A DNA stretch of 64,000 nt, taken from Lytechinus pictus (Eukaryota). Below, one piece after another: positions 1 through 11,504 of the stretch. The stretch spans positions 38,068,001 through 38,132,000 of the forward strand of contig NC_087252.1 in the NCBI RefSeq assembly GCF_037042905.1. Direction: 5' to 3'. The notes beneath the pieces are model-generated. The model made no database searches, was not told the DNA's origin, and worked only from the letters and a program-made list of their open reading frames with translations. The translations under genes and the position numbers were made by a program. The stretch's first letter is position 1, and every line of letters starts with the position of its first letter.

Positions 1-254
1 CAGAAGTCAATTTGTAGTCATTAATAACTCCAATTCTGAAATACAGCACATTGCATGTGGCGTGCCTCAGGGCTCCCTTTTGGGTCCATTGCTATTTATT
101 TTATACATCAATGATTTCCAAAACTCATCCTCTTTATTATCATTTCTTCTTTTCGCAGATGACACGAGCTTATTTTTTACACACAGCAATCCTCAAATCC
201 TTCTTGAAAGACTAAATGTTGAATTATGCTCTGTGTGTGATTGGATACAAGCTA

Positions 255-3200
255 ATTATTATTATTATTATTATTATTTTATTCGGCACTTCATCAAAAA
301 CAAAACAGCATGTACAATGCAAAATTGAGAAAAAATACAAAAATACAAATAATTTTTAGACCCTTTCTCACCCAACCAGGTAGCCTGGGTAGGGAATAGG
401 TCAACTTAATGGCCATGGCCCACAGGCCTTCCCTCCCACACCTGATTGGGTGAAAAAAAGATCATTACATAATAGAGTTACAAAATAGAATTACATAATA
501 GTACAAGACAGGTAGGTTGCACACAAAAAAAAGGGAACCAACTTATGTTTGACTTAACCAAAGAAAACAGGAGGAACAAATATTCGGTTGAATATAATTG
601 AGCCAACAGTGGAAATAAATAACTTTACAACGAATGAGATAAAAGATATAAAGAAATAATAAATTGGACACAGTTTAGAAAATTAAAAAGAAACTTGATA
701 ATGTGTTGTGGATCTTTAGACATATTCTAATTTATATTTTAATCTAACTGGAACTTAAGGATATCCCTCTTGAGGACACAAAGAACATGATTAATGTTTC
801 CTGAGACTATTTCAACTCTGCTTTCAGAGGGCAGGGCTTCCCATACTATGGGATATCTGTGAATTGCAGTCTGATGGAGTCTCTCTGTTCTTGCCTTTAG
901 GTGTACAAATCTAACATCTACGTCAGAACGCCTTACACGTATTACAATATTATCCCTTGCGACTTCGCAAACGATCAAACCATACAACAATTTAACAAAA
1001 AAGGACACCATTAAGAAAATCCTCCGAGATTTTAGCGTATGCCATTTTAATAATCGCAAACGTTGGTCATATGGCATCTCTTGACGTCGCTGTCTGAGAA
1101 TCATTCGTGTTGCCCTTCTCTGAATGTGCTCAAGCATATCAATATGATTCTGAGTATAGACCATCCAAGCTGGCACTCCGTAATCAAGGATGGGCAACAC
1201 AAGTGACTTGTATAATGTCAGAAGCGCTCGTGAAGAGAGGCCAGCCGACATACGGGTTAGGAGCCCGAGCATACGGTTACACCTTGAAACAACATGATTA
1301 ACATGGTCATCCCAATTCAACTGGGAATTGAGAAATACCCCTAAGTACTTGATACAACTGACCTGTTCAATTACCTCATCATCTATCATGTAACTAGTGT
1401 TACCAACATTCTTTTTACGAGGAGCAATTCTCATAGCTTTGGTTTTACTGGCATTCAACTGCATCTTGTTAAGACTACACCATGATACAACCCTATCTAG
1501 ATCCTCCTGAAGGAATCTGGTCTCAACTGGGTCTCTAATCAATCTATATATCAATGTGTCATCTGCAAAAAGCAGGCAATGTGATTGGACAACTCTTACT
1601 AGATCATTGATAAACATATTAAACAATCTCGGACCCAGGACACTTCCTTGGGGTATACCAGAAGAAACAATTGCAGGATCTGAGCAAGAACCACGGTATT
1701 GCACAACCTGGTAACGATTAGATACAAACGACTTTATCCAATTCCACAGACTACCTTGTATATTGTAATTCTCAGAGAGCTTATTAAGAAGAATGTCGTG
1801 GGGCATGCGGTCGAAGGCCTTACTAAAATCAAGGAACACAGTATCAATAATTGGGGTAGGAGATTTGTCAAGGGCAGTATACCATGTATGAGTTAAATTC
1901 ATTAGCTGTGTTACACAGGACCTCTTTTGGCTAAACCCATGCTGGTTGGGGCTTAACAATCCATATGTTTCTAGATGTTCTCGAATCCTATTATCAATCA
2001 AGGTTTCCATCATTTTACACACGATGCTTGTCAAAGCAACTGGACGATAATTTGACACATTAGATGCACTACCAGATTTGTGGACAGGGATAATAAGAGC
2101 ATCCTTCCATTGAGAAGGCAATTTACCAAGTGAAATTGAAATATTGAATATTCTTTGTAATACAGGTGTGATTGGAACAATTGCCGACTTCAGAATAACT
2201 GCCGTGATTTTATCGGGTCCCGGTGATTTATTCATGGGCAACTTGCTAATGAGATCTGCGATTTCACGAGAGTGAATCTTTAGTGAACTCAAAGGGGGAA
2301 TCGCCAAGTTACAAGGTCGGGGCGTTTCAGGTAGTACATCACAATCACTAAACACTGATAAAAAGTAATCTGAGAAACATTTAGCTATTTCATCTGATTT
2401 GCTAGTTGGTTTACCATCTACATTAATGATTTGGGGAGGGGGGTTGCGTTTCTTTGAGCGTATATAGCTAAAGAAACGTTTCCTATTGTCTGGCAATGAA
2501 AATAAGTCATTCACATATTTCCAATAAGATTTGTTGACAATATTCTTCACTCTATTCCTGATTTCTTTATATCTTGACCACAATTCAGAACTACTACCTC
2601 CAGCCTCTCTACATGCTTGAGCACGTTTAAAGCATTGTTTTTTCTTTAACAACAGTTGCTTTATATCCTTATCGATCCATGGACAGAACTTTTTACTTTT
2701 TTGTACTTTGGAAGGGATACATTCATTAATTGCTGCCTGAAACACATCCATAAAACCTTCCCAACTTTGGTCAATATTTTTCTCATCTATGAATAAATTC
2801 CAAGGGGCAAGGTGAAGCAGATTATTCAAATGATCATAATCACCTTTACCATAACACAGGAACCTTCGAATAACAGACTTTGGTGGTTGTGGTTTACAAA
2901 CGTGAAGTATGATAGATACAGCATGGTGATCACTCTCAACACAATTTTCTACCACATCAACACTCTGACATAATTCTGGACGGTTAACAAATACAAGATC
3001 GATAACCGTTCCCTCTGGAGGGCTGTCAATTCGAGGTCTAGTAATATCATGAACACATTGAGTCATTTCCATAGTGTCAAACACACGAATCAAATTATCT
3101 CTATTCCTATTACCGTGATCAGTCCAGTTAATGTTGAAATCCCCTACGAATAAGACACCCCGGTATCTATTACCGATTGCCTGAATCTTGTCAACAGTAC

Positions 3201-4561
3201 ATTCAAGTTTCTCAAAAAAGTCATTTGTTGAATTTGGTGGTCTGTACATAGAACAAAGTAACCACTTCGACTCCCTCATACTTATTTCAACAATAACGAG
3301 TTCAAGGTCAGGGTGTTCTAATTCTGACACTCGCTGTGGCAGCAAATATGGTCGAGCTCCCACAAGAACTCCTCCACCACGGTTGAGGGATCGATCTGTG
3401 CGAAAGATACAAAATTCTTCATTTAAGCCAAGTTCATTTGTGCTGAAGTCCTCATCGAGCCATGTTTCACATATACAGATAATATAAAACACGTGATCAT
3501 GAAAGAACGCTTGCATGGATGCAGTTTTATTCCGAATGCTTCTACCATTGAATGAATATATAGATACATCGTGATTCTTCAAGGGGGTAGTGGAGACAAG
3601 ATGAGGACAGTGATTCTCACCCCAATCATCTGATGGTACTCTACGATTACGTTCCCCATCTGTGACTGTATTGCCCTGTGGTACACTGATGCTATCTGAG
3701 ATGTCAACTTCAGCTTTGGATTGATGCAAACTGGATGAAACTGAATTAGATGGTGAGTTATCATGGTAAGTCCTTCTTAATATGGGTCGTCTACTTCGTC
3801 TGGTTTTCTTTCTCCGAGATATACCGAGATTAGATAGTCTCCTCCATAATATAGGGTTAAGTCGCTGTTGTTGTAGGTGAATTGTATTAAATGCCAACAA
3901 GGATGCCTTGTCGTATACATAAGTTGCGCCCTCTGGTGACGGTTGTGTTCGGAGTTCACCCAAAGCATTTATGTGGTCTTCATTATTGCTGCTATTTGGG
4001 CCTGGATTTGAACTTACATCTCCAGCAAGCAATAATAGCAATTGAAATGTTGCGTTGGAGTTGGGGTAAAAACATAATCTTTTCCCGCAGTATTTATGAG
4101 ATTTCCATGATTCAATTTTTGGGGAAAAGATGCCATCATTGTGGGATTCTGCATATTCACTCCCAGTCCCTAGACTACACAGAATCAGCAGACATAGCAG
4201 TGAAAGTATTCTATACAGCATCATTGTAAGAGCTCAAAACTTCCTTTATGTATGACAAACGTTATTTAGAACTCAAGTTCATGGTTGAGTGGACATCAAA
4301 AGGCTGGTGTAGAGGTAGTGCATGCATGTACTGAATCATGGCTTCTCTCATACACGATCAACTAGTCCTTCCATGGTAAAAAACTTATCTCAAATTTCCT
4401 TGCTGACGCAGTCCACAAAACTCACAGATTTGGTCCTCCAGGTCCCTGGTGTCTCAATAAATCAATTCATTAACATCATGTACAACCAAACAAAACAGGA
4501 ACATAATACAAAACACAAATGTCGAGAGCTAAAAGTGAGCTACACCGCAGTGTGCTGCAAC

Positions 4562-4562
<1 letters not shown>
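255..4562 (-). mobile_element. Apparently full-length, young, single-ORF CR1-type non-LTR retrotransposon
   Basis: Uninterrupted 1161-aa APE-RT ORF, ~340-nt 5' UTR, 3' UTR with long hairpin, AATAAA and (TAA)n tail at ~255-283. Interrupts the RT frame of the host LINE. Confidence 0.92.
739..4224 (-). CDS. LINE polyprotein: hydrophobic leader, 2A-like motif, AP endonuclease, reverse transcriptase
   Basis: APE motifs ICICETWL, GGGV, YRPP, GDFN, SDH. RT motifs NYRPVALTS, QHGF, DFSKAFD, GIPQGSVLGP, FADD, KYLGV. Confidence 0.95.
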   Translation of the reverse strand: MMLYRILSLLCLLILCSLGTGSEYAESHNDGIFSPKIESWKSHKYCGKRLCFYPNSNATFQLLLLLAGDVSSNPGPNSSNNEDHINALGELRTQPSPEGATYVYDKASLLAFNTIHLQQQRLNPILWRRLSNLGISRRKKTRRSRRPILRRTYHDNSPSNSVSSSLHQSKAEVDISDSISVPQGNTVTDGERNRRVPSDDWGENHCPHLVSTTPLKNHDVSIYSFNGRSIRNKTASMQAFFHDHVFYIICICETWLDEDFSTNELGLNEEFCIFRTDRSLNRGGGVLVGARPYLLPQRVSELEHPDLELVIVEISMRESKWLLCSMYRPPNSTNDFFEKLECTVDKIQAIGNRYRGVLFVGDFNINWTDHGNRNRDNLIRVFDTMEMTQCVHDITRPRIDSPPEGTVIDLVFVNRPELCQSVDVVENCVESDHHAVSIILHVCKPQPPKSVIRRFLCYGKGDYDHLNNLLHLAPWNLFIDEKNIDQSWEGFMDVFQAAINECIPSKVQKSKKFCPWIDKDIKQLLLKKKQCFKRAQACREAGGSSSELWSRYKEIRNRVKNIVNKSYWKYVNDLFSLPDNRKRFFSYIRSKKRNPPPQIINVDGKPTSKSDEIAKCFSDYFLSVFSDCDVLPETPRPCNLAIPPLSSLKIHSREIADLISKLPMNKSPGPDKITAVILKSAIVPITPVLQRIFNISISLGKLPSQWKDALIIPVHKSGSASNVSNYRPVALTSIVCKMMETLIDNRIREHLETYGLLSPNQHGFSQKRSCVTQLMNLTHTWYTALDKSPTPIIDTVFLDFSKAFDRMPHDILLNKLSENYNIQGSLWNWIKSFVSNRYQVVQYRGSCSDPAIVSSGIPQGSVLGPRLFNMFINDLVRVVQSHCLLFADDTLIYRLIRDPVETRFLQEDLDRVVSWCSLNKMQLNASKTKAMRIAPRKKNVGNTSYMIDDEVIEQVSCIKYLGVFLNSQLNWDDHVNHVVSRCNRMLGLLTRMSAGLSSRALLTLYKSLVLPILDYGVPAWMVYTQNHIDMLEHIQRRATRMILRQRRQEMPYDQRLRLLKWHTLKSRRIFLMVSFFVKLLYGLIVCEVARDNIVIRVRRSDVDVRFVHLKARTERLHQTAIHRYPIVWEALPSESRVEIVSGNINHVLCVLKRDILKFQLD

Positions 4563-4603
<41 letters not shown>

Positions 4604-4714
4604 ATCCCTAAATTTTAAAAAGACACATTATATGGTTTTTAGCAACTCATTACACACATTGCCAGGTCTTATATGAATGGTAATGTCTTATAACAAATTG
4701 AATCAACAAAATTT

Positions 4715-5157
4715 CGGTTACACTTCGTAATTCCGAAGGTTCTTTATTCCGAAGGTTCGTAATTCCGAAACACGTAAATTGCCTATACCTCGATGTTCGT
4801 TAATCCGAAAACGTAAAAGGGTTCGTTAATCCGAACATTTGTGGCGTTATTCCTAAGGTTCGATAATCCGGAAACGAAATAAGGTTCGATGTTCCGAAGG
4901 TTCGTTTCTTTGAAAACGAAATAAGGTTCGTTAGTCCGAAAACGAATTAAGGTTCGTTAGTCCGAAAACGAAATAAGGTTAGTTAATCTTTTAGTTTTCG
5001 GACTATCGAACCTTCGGAATTACGAACCTCATTTCTTTTTCGGACTAACGAACCTTCGGAATTACGAACCTTCGGAAATACGAACCTTCGGAATAACGAA
5101 CCTTCGGAATATCCAAACCTTCGGAATAACGAAGCTTCGGAATTACGAATGTATGCG
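4715..5157. mobile_element. Foldback-type non-autonomous DNA element, short copy, 7-bp TSD AAAATTT
   Basis: Inverted arms of 16-bp (ACCTTCGGAATTACGA) and 42-bp subunits. AAAATTT at 4708-4714 and 5158-5164. Removing the element restores the host LINE frame ESTKFLG. Confidence 0.85.
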
Positions 5158-6420
5158 AAAATTTCTTGGTATCTTTATTGATTGTAAATTATCATGGAAA
5201 GTTCACATTGATCACCTTTGTAAATTGCTCTTAAGAAATCTTGGAGTAATTAATAAACTTAAGCCTCATTTTCCTCATCACATTTTGAAATCATTGTATT
5301 CTACTCTATTGTTACCGTATCTGAATAATGGAATTTTAGCCGGGGGAAATGCCTCTAAGACAAAACTTGAATCCTTCCTTAAAATTCAAAAAAGAGCCGT
5401 GAGGATGATTTCTTCTTCTGACTTTCTGGCTCATACTAATCCGCTTTTTTATTCAAACAAGTTATTGAAAGTAACCGATTTATATTATTGTTTTGTTGGT
5501 ATATGTATGTATCAACTAAATAGACAGGAATTACCGAGTGTATTCTCTGATTTGCTTGTTCAAAATCAAGAAATCCATTCCTACCCAACTCGACAAGTAC
5601 ACAATTTCCACATTTCCCCAGTGCACACGGTTCTTGCCCTTAAATCATTTACTTTTACAGGGCCTTCCTTTTGGAATAATTTAGACACCCATATAATTGA
5701 GGCACTCTCTTTATATTCTTTTAAATGTAGGCTGAAAATATTTATTTTACAATCGTACGCTAGTGGGTAAGCGCCTTGCTCGAGTGACTATCATGTAGAA
5801 CTCTTTATAATGTATTATTTTTCTACATTTGATTTATCTCGCTTCATTGCGTTATGAGTTTTTAATCCTTAATTATTTTCTTCTGGGAACCTATACAGTA
5901 TGTCTACAAGCTTTGCTTTTTAATAGGTTCCTCATATTTCACGATATTGTATTTCTTTGTAAAACACTACAACTATGTATTTTTTGTCATCTTCTCATAA
6001 TTATGCTCAAGATGTATGTTTTTGTGGAATGTGAAACAATAAATAAAAAAACAAATTGTCAAGAGGTATCAGCTAGCGCTGCACGCTTGCATTTTGATTG
6101 GCAAGTTATGTCTCAATATTGATTATACAACAAACTACTTAAAATCCCCTTTTCATGACAGTTTATCAACAATTTTGGCTCGCGATTTGCGCTCGCATTA
6201 ATGGTTAAAATATATTATCTTGATGCATTCTTTTTATAATTAAAAAAGTGCTTGAAATGTCCAGTTTTCAGACCATAATATCATCCGATTTCGCGCCCTA
6301 AGCATTAATGAATAAGATATGATTAAATTGTTCTTTTTGCTAGCAAGAGGAATAGGAATGTCCAAAGAGGTCCCGGTCCTATGTAAAAACTTAAAGTCAT
6401 AATAATTAAAATATCAGCTC

Positions 6421-7065
6421 TTTATTTATTTATTTATTTTTTGGTTTGTTAAAAACAGGGAAGCCCATTTAACAATGTGTTGATATCCCATGGGGCCCTG
6501 TCACAATGTTCATAGCATAACATAACAACTATAACAATTCATTTACATAACAACATCATAAGAGAGACATACATAAATTAGTAAGTTAGTAAGGAAACAT
6601 GTAATTAACAATAAAATTAAAATTATTTAAAAAGCAGATGACGTGAAAGCATTAAGACGTGTATTATTTCAATTACAATTAGCCAAAATCTGTAAAATTA
6701 AGAAAGTAAGCTGAAGTTGTGATTCGAACAAAAATATCAAAATAGAGGGCCGAATACTAAATTATATGTGAAGATTGAGGTACAGCTTGAAAAGAAGAAT
6801 GATTATGGGTCATGACTAGCTAATGCTAAAAAAGCTTCTTCAAGTGAAATTTAAATGATGCAAGGCTAATTTGAGATCTTATTTCAGTTGGTAGGTTGTT
6901 ATATAGGGAAGGGCCGTCATAGCATAATGCGTTTTTACGGTATTCTGTGCGACATTTAAGGAGTACTAGGTCGCCTCTTGCTGATTGTCGGGTGTTAATT
7001 TGGTGAAATTCACCAAGTTGGAGAAAAAACTTGCCAAAGTAGTTGTCACAGGAAAAATGACAAAA
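6421..7065 (-). mobile_element. 5'-truncated LINE 3' end (CR1/L2 group)
   Basis: Minus-strand translation HQINTRQSARGDLVLLKCRTEYRKNALCYDGPSLYNNLPTEIR...FKFHLKK, typical ORF2 C-terminus. (TAAA)n tail at ~6421-6440. Confidence 0.75.
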
Positions 7066-7932
7066 GCCAGCTAGAAATTATTTCTCGGCTCTAAGAGAGC
7101 GTTTAGTCTTTTATCTTCGTATTCATGGCCTGTGCAAAAGCTCCAAATATAAAAGAAAAAACAAGCATCGGCAAACATAAAACACCTACATGTAATTTTC
7201 AGGTTTTCATATGACAATTAACCCCCATTTTAAGAGAACAATTAATCATGATCAATTTTCTTCAACGTTTGAGAATTATACTTGCACAATAACCTGAATA
7301 ACAGGTGCATGTTTGAAACAGCCTTCTTGAACATGAAAAAAATGACCTGACTAACCCTGTGTTATAAACATATGTACAAACGTCTTTATGACCAAAATCA
7401 CTTAATAAGATGTCAAGAAATTCCCAAAGGAAGTTCCTAAACTCCTTTTGCATGTACTTCATATAAACCATTTATGTTTAGATAATACGTGATCAACATC
7501 ATCACATTTTAAAACAGCCACCTTTTCTTTTGTTTATATATGTATATATATGGAATGACTTCTTCAAAATTTATCACTGAAACACATAACAAAACAATAT
7601 CAATACCATGAAATATCTTAAGCACATCTGACCAGTTTTCTCTAGTGTTCCTTTTAGGATTCTTTGAACGTAATAAATAATTTTACATGACTCCAAATCA
7701 TAGTACAGCGCATATAGTAGTATTCTTTTACGTAAAAAACATGCATGATTACAATTTGCTTCCTAACTTAACACATAAAATGGTTATAAGCATGTATTTC
7801 CTTTTTGTAACCTAAAAATTGACATCATGGAACTGCCACATGCAACCTTATACCACCAGATAATTCAAAGCATACATAATAACATTATTTCACTGTAATG
7901 TAAGTGAACCAGAAACCAAAACCTAACATGTA

Positions 7933-10900
7933 TGGTTACAATTTGTAATTCCGAAGGCTCGTTATTCCGAAGGTTCTTTATTCCGAAGGCTCGTTGTTCC
8001 GAAACACGTAAATTGCCTATACCTCGATGTTCGTTAATCCGAAAACGAAAAAGGGTTCGTTAATCCGAAGATTTGTGGCGTTAATACTAAATAGGTTCAT
8101 TATTGCGGAATGAAATAATCGCTAGAGGGTATTCATTTTTCTCGCAATCTACTATGGTCAACAAAGAAATTCGTGATCACTCTCGCTATTCCGAAAACGA
8201 AATAAGGTTCGTTGTTCCGAAGGTTCGATAATCCGAAAACGAAATAAGGTTCGTTGTTCCGAAGGTTCGATAATCCGAAAACGAAATAAGGTTCGTAAGT
8301 GTGGTGGTGGGGGGGGGGGGGGGACACAGTTGCAGTTCAATTGTTATGAGGATGGAAAGGCAAGGGCGGCCGAATGAATGTTCGTTTTTGGGGTCAATTA
8401 CTGTTAAAATGTCATTATTGCGAGATGTTGCGAGCGTGAATCTCAAGCTCAAACTTTAGGGCATTTCAATAAGAAATGAACATAAAAAATCCCGAGCAGG
8501 TTTCTGCTATCATTAAAACATGGACCCTAGGTTCATGAATTAACTAAAAAGTTAACACGAGCGCAACGCGCGAGCTTAAATATACTGACCAAAAACAGAA
8601 CATGTTAAGGACTGCATTTAGTGACCTCTTTAGGATACATAATTATTTTACCAATCGAATAATGCGAAAAATTTAAATATTCCCGCCCGAAAATTAATTT
8701 AAAATGTGTAATTTAAAAAGAGTATTTATTTTGAAAAAAGGGAATTTCCCATTTCGGAAAAATAGCAAATAGCATTTCCCTGTAATTTATTTTGGGGGTG
8801 CAAGTGCCCCCTGCCCCCCCCCCTGCGGATCAAAATTTCGCCAATGGGGGGCAAAATTTTTTCACACATAATTTCCCCGACCGGCAGCTCAAATATTTTT
8901 TTGAAAATATGATGGGCAATATGTTTGTGATCTTCAAAACTAGATGCATAAGTAACTAGATAACAACTGCGAGCAAGAAGCGCGAGCAAAATTTTAAATA
9001 TAAGCTCTGACCTGATCTAAAAGGGACATGTTAATAATTTTTTGCAGTTAGCAATGAATACGATTCATGTTTCAACCAGGGGCGGCGGAACGTATTTTCC
9101 TTTGGCAAAGTAAAAAAAGGTGCACTTGTATACCAAAACGGGCATTTTGGTGCAAACGGATATTTTCACCATGATATTATCATCTGTGTAAAATTGTATG
9201 TTTTGTCTTAATTAAGTTGAGCAAAGTTTTTTAAATTGATTTGTAATTGATGAGATATATATTCAGGTTTTATTTTCGCAAGCGTAGCGAGCAAGCGGTT
9301 TGGAAAAAAATTTATCTGAAGTTGTAAAACTAACTTTTTTGTCAATTATGGACATAATTACTGTTTAAAGGGCATCCTTGTGAGAAATTGCGAGTGAATC
9401 ACGAGCTCAAACTTTGGAAATTTCATGTAGGCCTAATAAGACATAATAATGATAATAATAATAATATTGGTATTTTCTACCAAGGGAAGCAACTTCAATT
9501 CTGAAAAAAAAACTGTTCTCCCATTACCCCGGCTTTAGCTGGGCTGCCTAGGCGCCCAAAAGAAGGCATTTCATTAATTTCTTCCTACCGGGTACCCATT
9601 CACTTCACCCGGGATGAGTGCAGCACAGTGTGAATAAATTTCTTGTTGAAGGAAATTACGCCATGGCTGGGATTCGAACCTACGACCCTCTGTTTCATAG
9701 TCAGAAGACTAATCCACTTGTCCACAACGCCCCAAATAAAAAGTAAACATTCCGAGCATCTTTTTTAATCATGAAAAAAAGGATTAACATTGTTAACACT
9801 AGGCGTAACGATCAATACAATTTTATTAACATTTATATTCTTTATCACCATTTTTATTATGATCATCGTTTGGGATTATCATGATCATCGTTAGCATTAT
9901 TTTTATTACCAGCAGAAGCTCTTATTAAAAATGACATCCCCCCCAATACAAATCCTATCATCTGGAGGTTACTCGCGCGCGACCAACACACTTAATCCCC
10001 TGCATCTTTAAACCATTTGCTTGGGCAGCAATTGCTCAGATAAAATCGAAATTAAGCGTATGCTTGATCCGGCCGCCTATTCTTAACGCAATACATGTTT
10101 TTGGCCACAACACACACATGTATCATCGTTCGTTATTTTATTATTGCATAATATCATGACATCTTGTTAGAACAACACCGTTCTTGTTACCAAATAAATT
10201 AATTTCATTTTCGGAAATACGAACCTTTTTTCGTTTTCGGACTAACGAACCTTCGGAATTACGAACCTCATTTCGTTTTCGGCATATGGAAAACTAGCGG
10301 ACAGAAGGTCCTCGCTGCACGCGCGCATCCTTATAACACGCATAATTCCCTTGCATCATACACTTTTTTACAAACAAATGTGTATCAAGGATTCAGATAG
10401 AATTTCTGTCCCCCTGAAGTGAATGTTAACAACTTCTTCTATCAGATGACCATAATTCTATTTAGTTCAATTGGTGGGAAATATGGCACTTTATTACATT
10501 AAAATCACTCAAAACCATCCAAAGTCAGGAATATGTATTGGGATAATGGGTTTGGGGGACATTTTTATAGTACCCGGGTGGATTATATTCGTCGTCACAT
10601 CGGTGGGTGATGGTATCAAAAATTTCCGTTCAGATTATAATTAAGGGCACATTGTAAGGCAAATACTCATGAAAGAACCATAGGGATTGGTTAATAAATA
10701 AATAGAGCACTTTTATCATCAAATCAGGGGAGATTTTCTTTGTGATAGTGATGTCCGAAGAGCAAACCTACACTCGACGTGCATTCAACATATAGGGCTG
10801 GACAGAGCTTTTGTGTACGTCGTTGTGTTGTTCGAGTCACAGCGGTTTTCCAGCTCTCTCCATTGCAGTGCTGAACATTTTATCAGGAATATATAAATAC

Positions 10901-11504
10901 ATATACATTGTCGGTCCGAACTATAGATAAGTCTCTGAATATTGTGACGGGTCCATTATGTATACGAGGGGTGCATCCTAGCTTACCACTGCTTAGGTAA
11001 GTCTGACAATTAAGTTTTGCTTATTCCTTTCACTTTATAATGATTTTTTAAGTATTCAAACAACGATAATTCATGAAATTGACACAAAATATGGCGAATC
11101 AACTCTGAAACATTATTTGTGTATACATTTTATCCCTCTGTAATGCTATTTCCCCCATAAAGCCGCAATGGAACACTCTACACCACTAGTCATGCGATGA
11201 TCGCGAGGTCTGCAAACGTCGTCTGCTATGTTTTGACATGTCCGGTGCACTGGATGCAAGTTTTCGATATGCTAACGAACCTTCGGAATTACGAACCTTA
11301 TTTCGTTTTCGGATTAACGAACCTTCGGAATTACGAACCTTCATTCGTTTTCGGACTAACGAACCTTCGGAAATACGAACCTCTTTTCGTTTTCGGATTA
11401 ACGAACCTTCGGAATTACGAACCTTATTTCGTTTTCGGATTAACGAACCTTCGGAATATCCGAACCTTCGGAATTACGAAGCTTCGGAATTACGAATGTA
11501 TGCG
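7933..11504. mobile_element. Long copy of the same foldback element with nested repeats, 7-bp TSD ACATGTA
   Basis: Left arm 7933-~8295 and right arm ~10210-10281 plus 11272-11504 match the ends of 4715-5157. ACATGTA at 7926-7932 and 11505-11511. Confidence 0.8.
9447..9733 (-). mobile_element. tRNA-derived SINE
   Basis: Box A/B head (GTTCGAATCCC on minus), body shared with 16442-16735, (TTA)n tail. Confidence 0.8.

Larger units (their letters stand above)
1..6052 (+). mobile_element. Older CR1/L2-group LINE, 3' half of ORF2 plus 3' UTR, split by two younger insertions (pieces ~1-256, 4602-4714, 5165-5770; UTR to ~6052)
   Basis: RT motifs GVPQGSLLGPLLF and FADD at 62-256. The frame resumes after the insert as LSLNFKKTHYMVF...QIESTK|FLGIFIDCKLSW...YPTR...GPSFWNNL...SFKCRLK. 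AATAAA plus A-run near 6040-6052. Confidence 0.85.

Noticed and set aside
4715-11504. CRISPR-like array or repetitive proteins (ORFs 8133-8452, 11197-11621)
   Set aside because: Repeats lack unique spacers, lie in inverted arms bounded by TSDs, and the ORFs are translations of the 42-bp unit.
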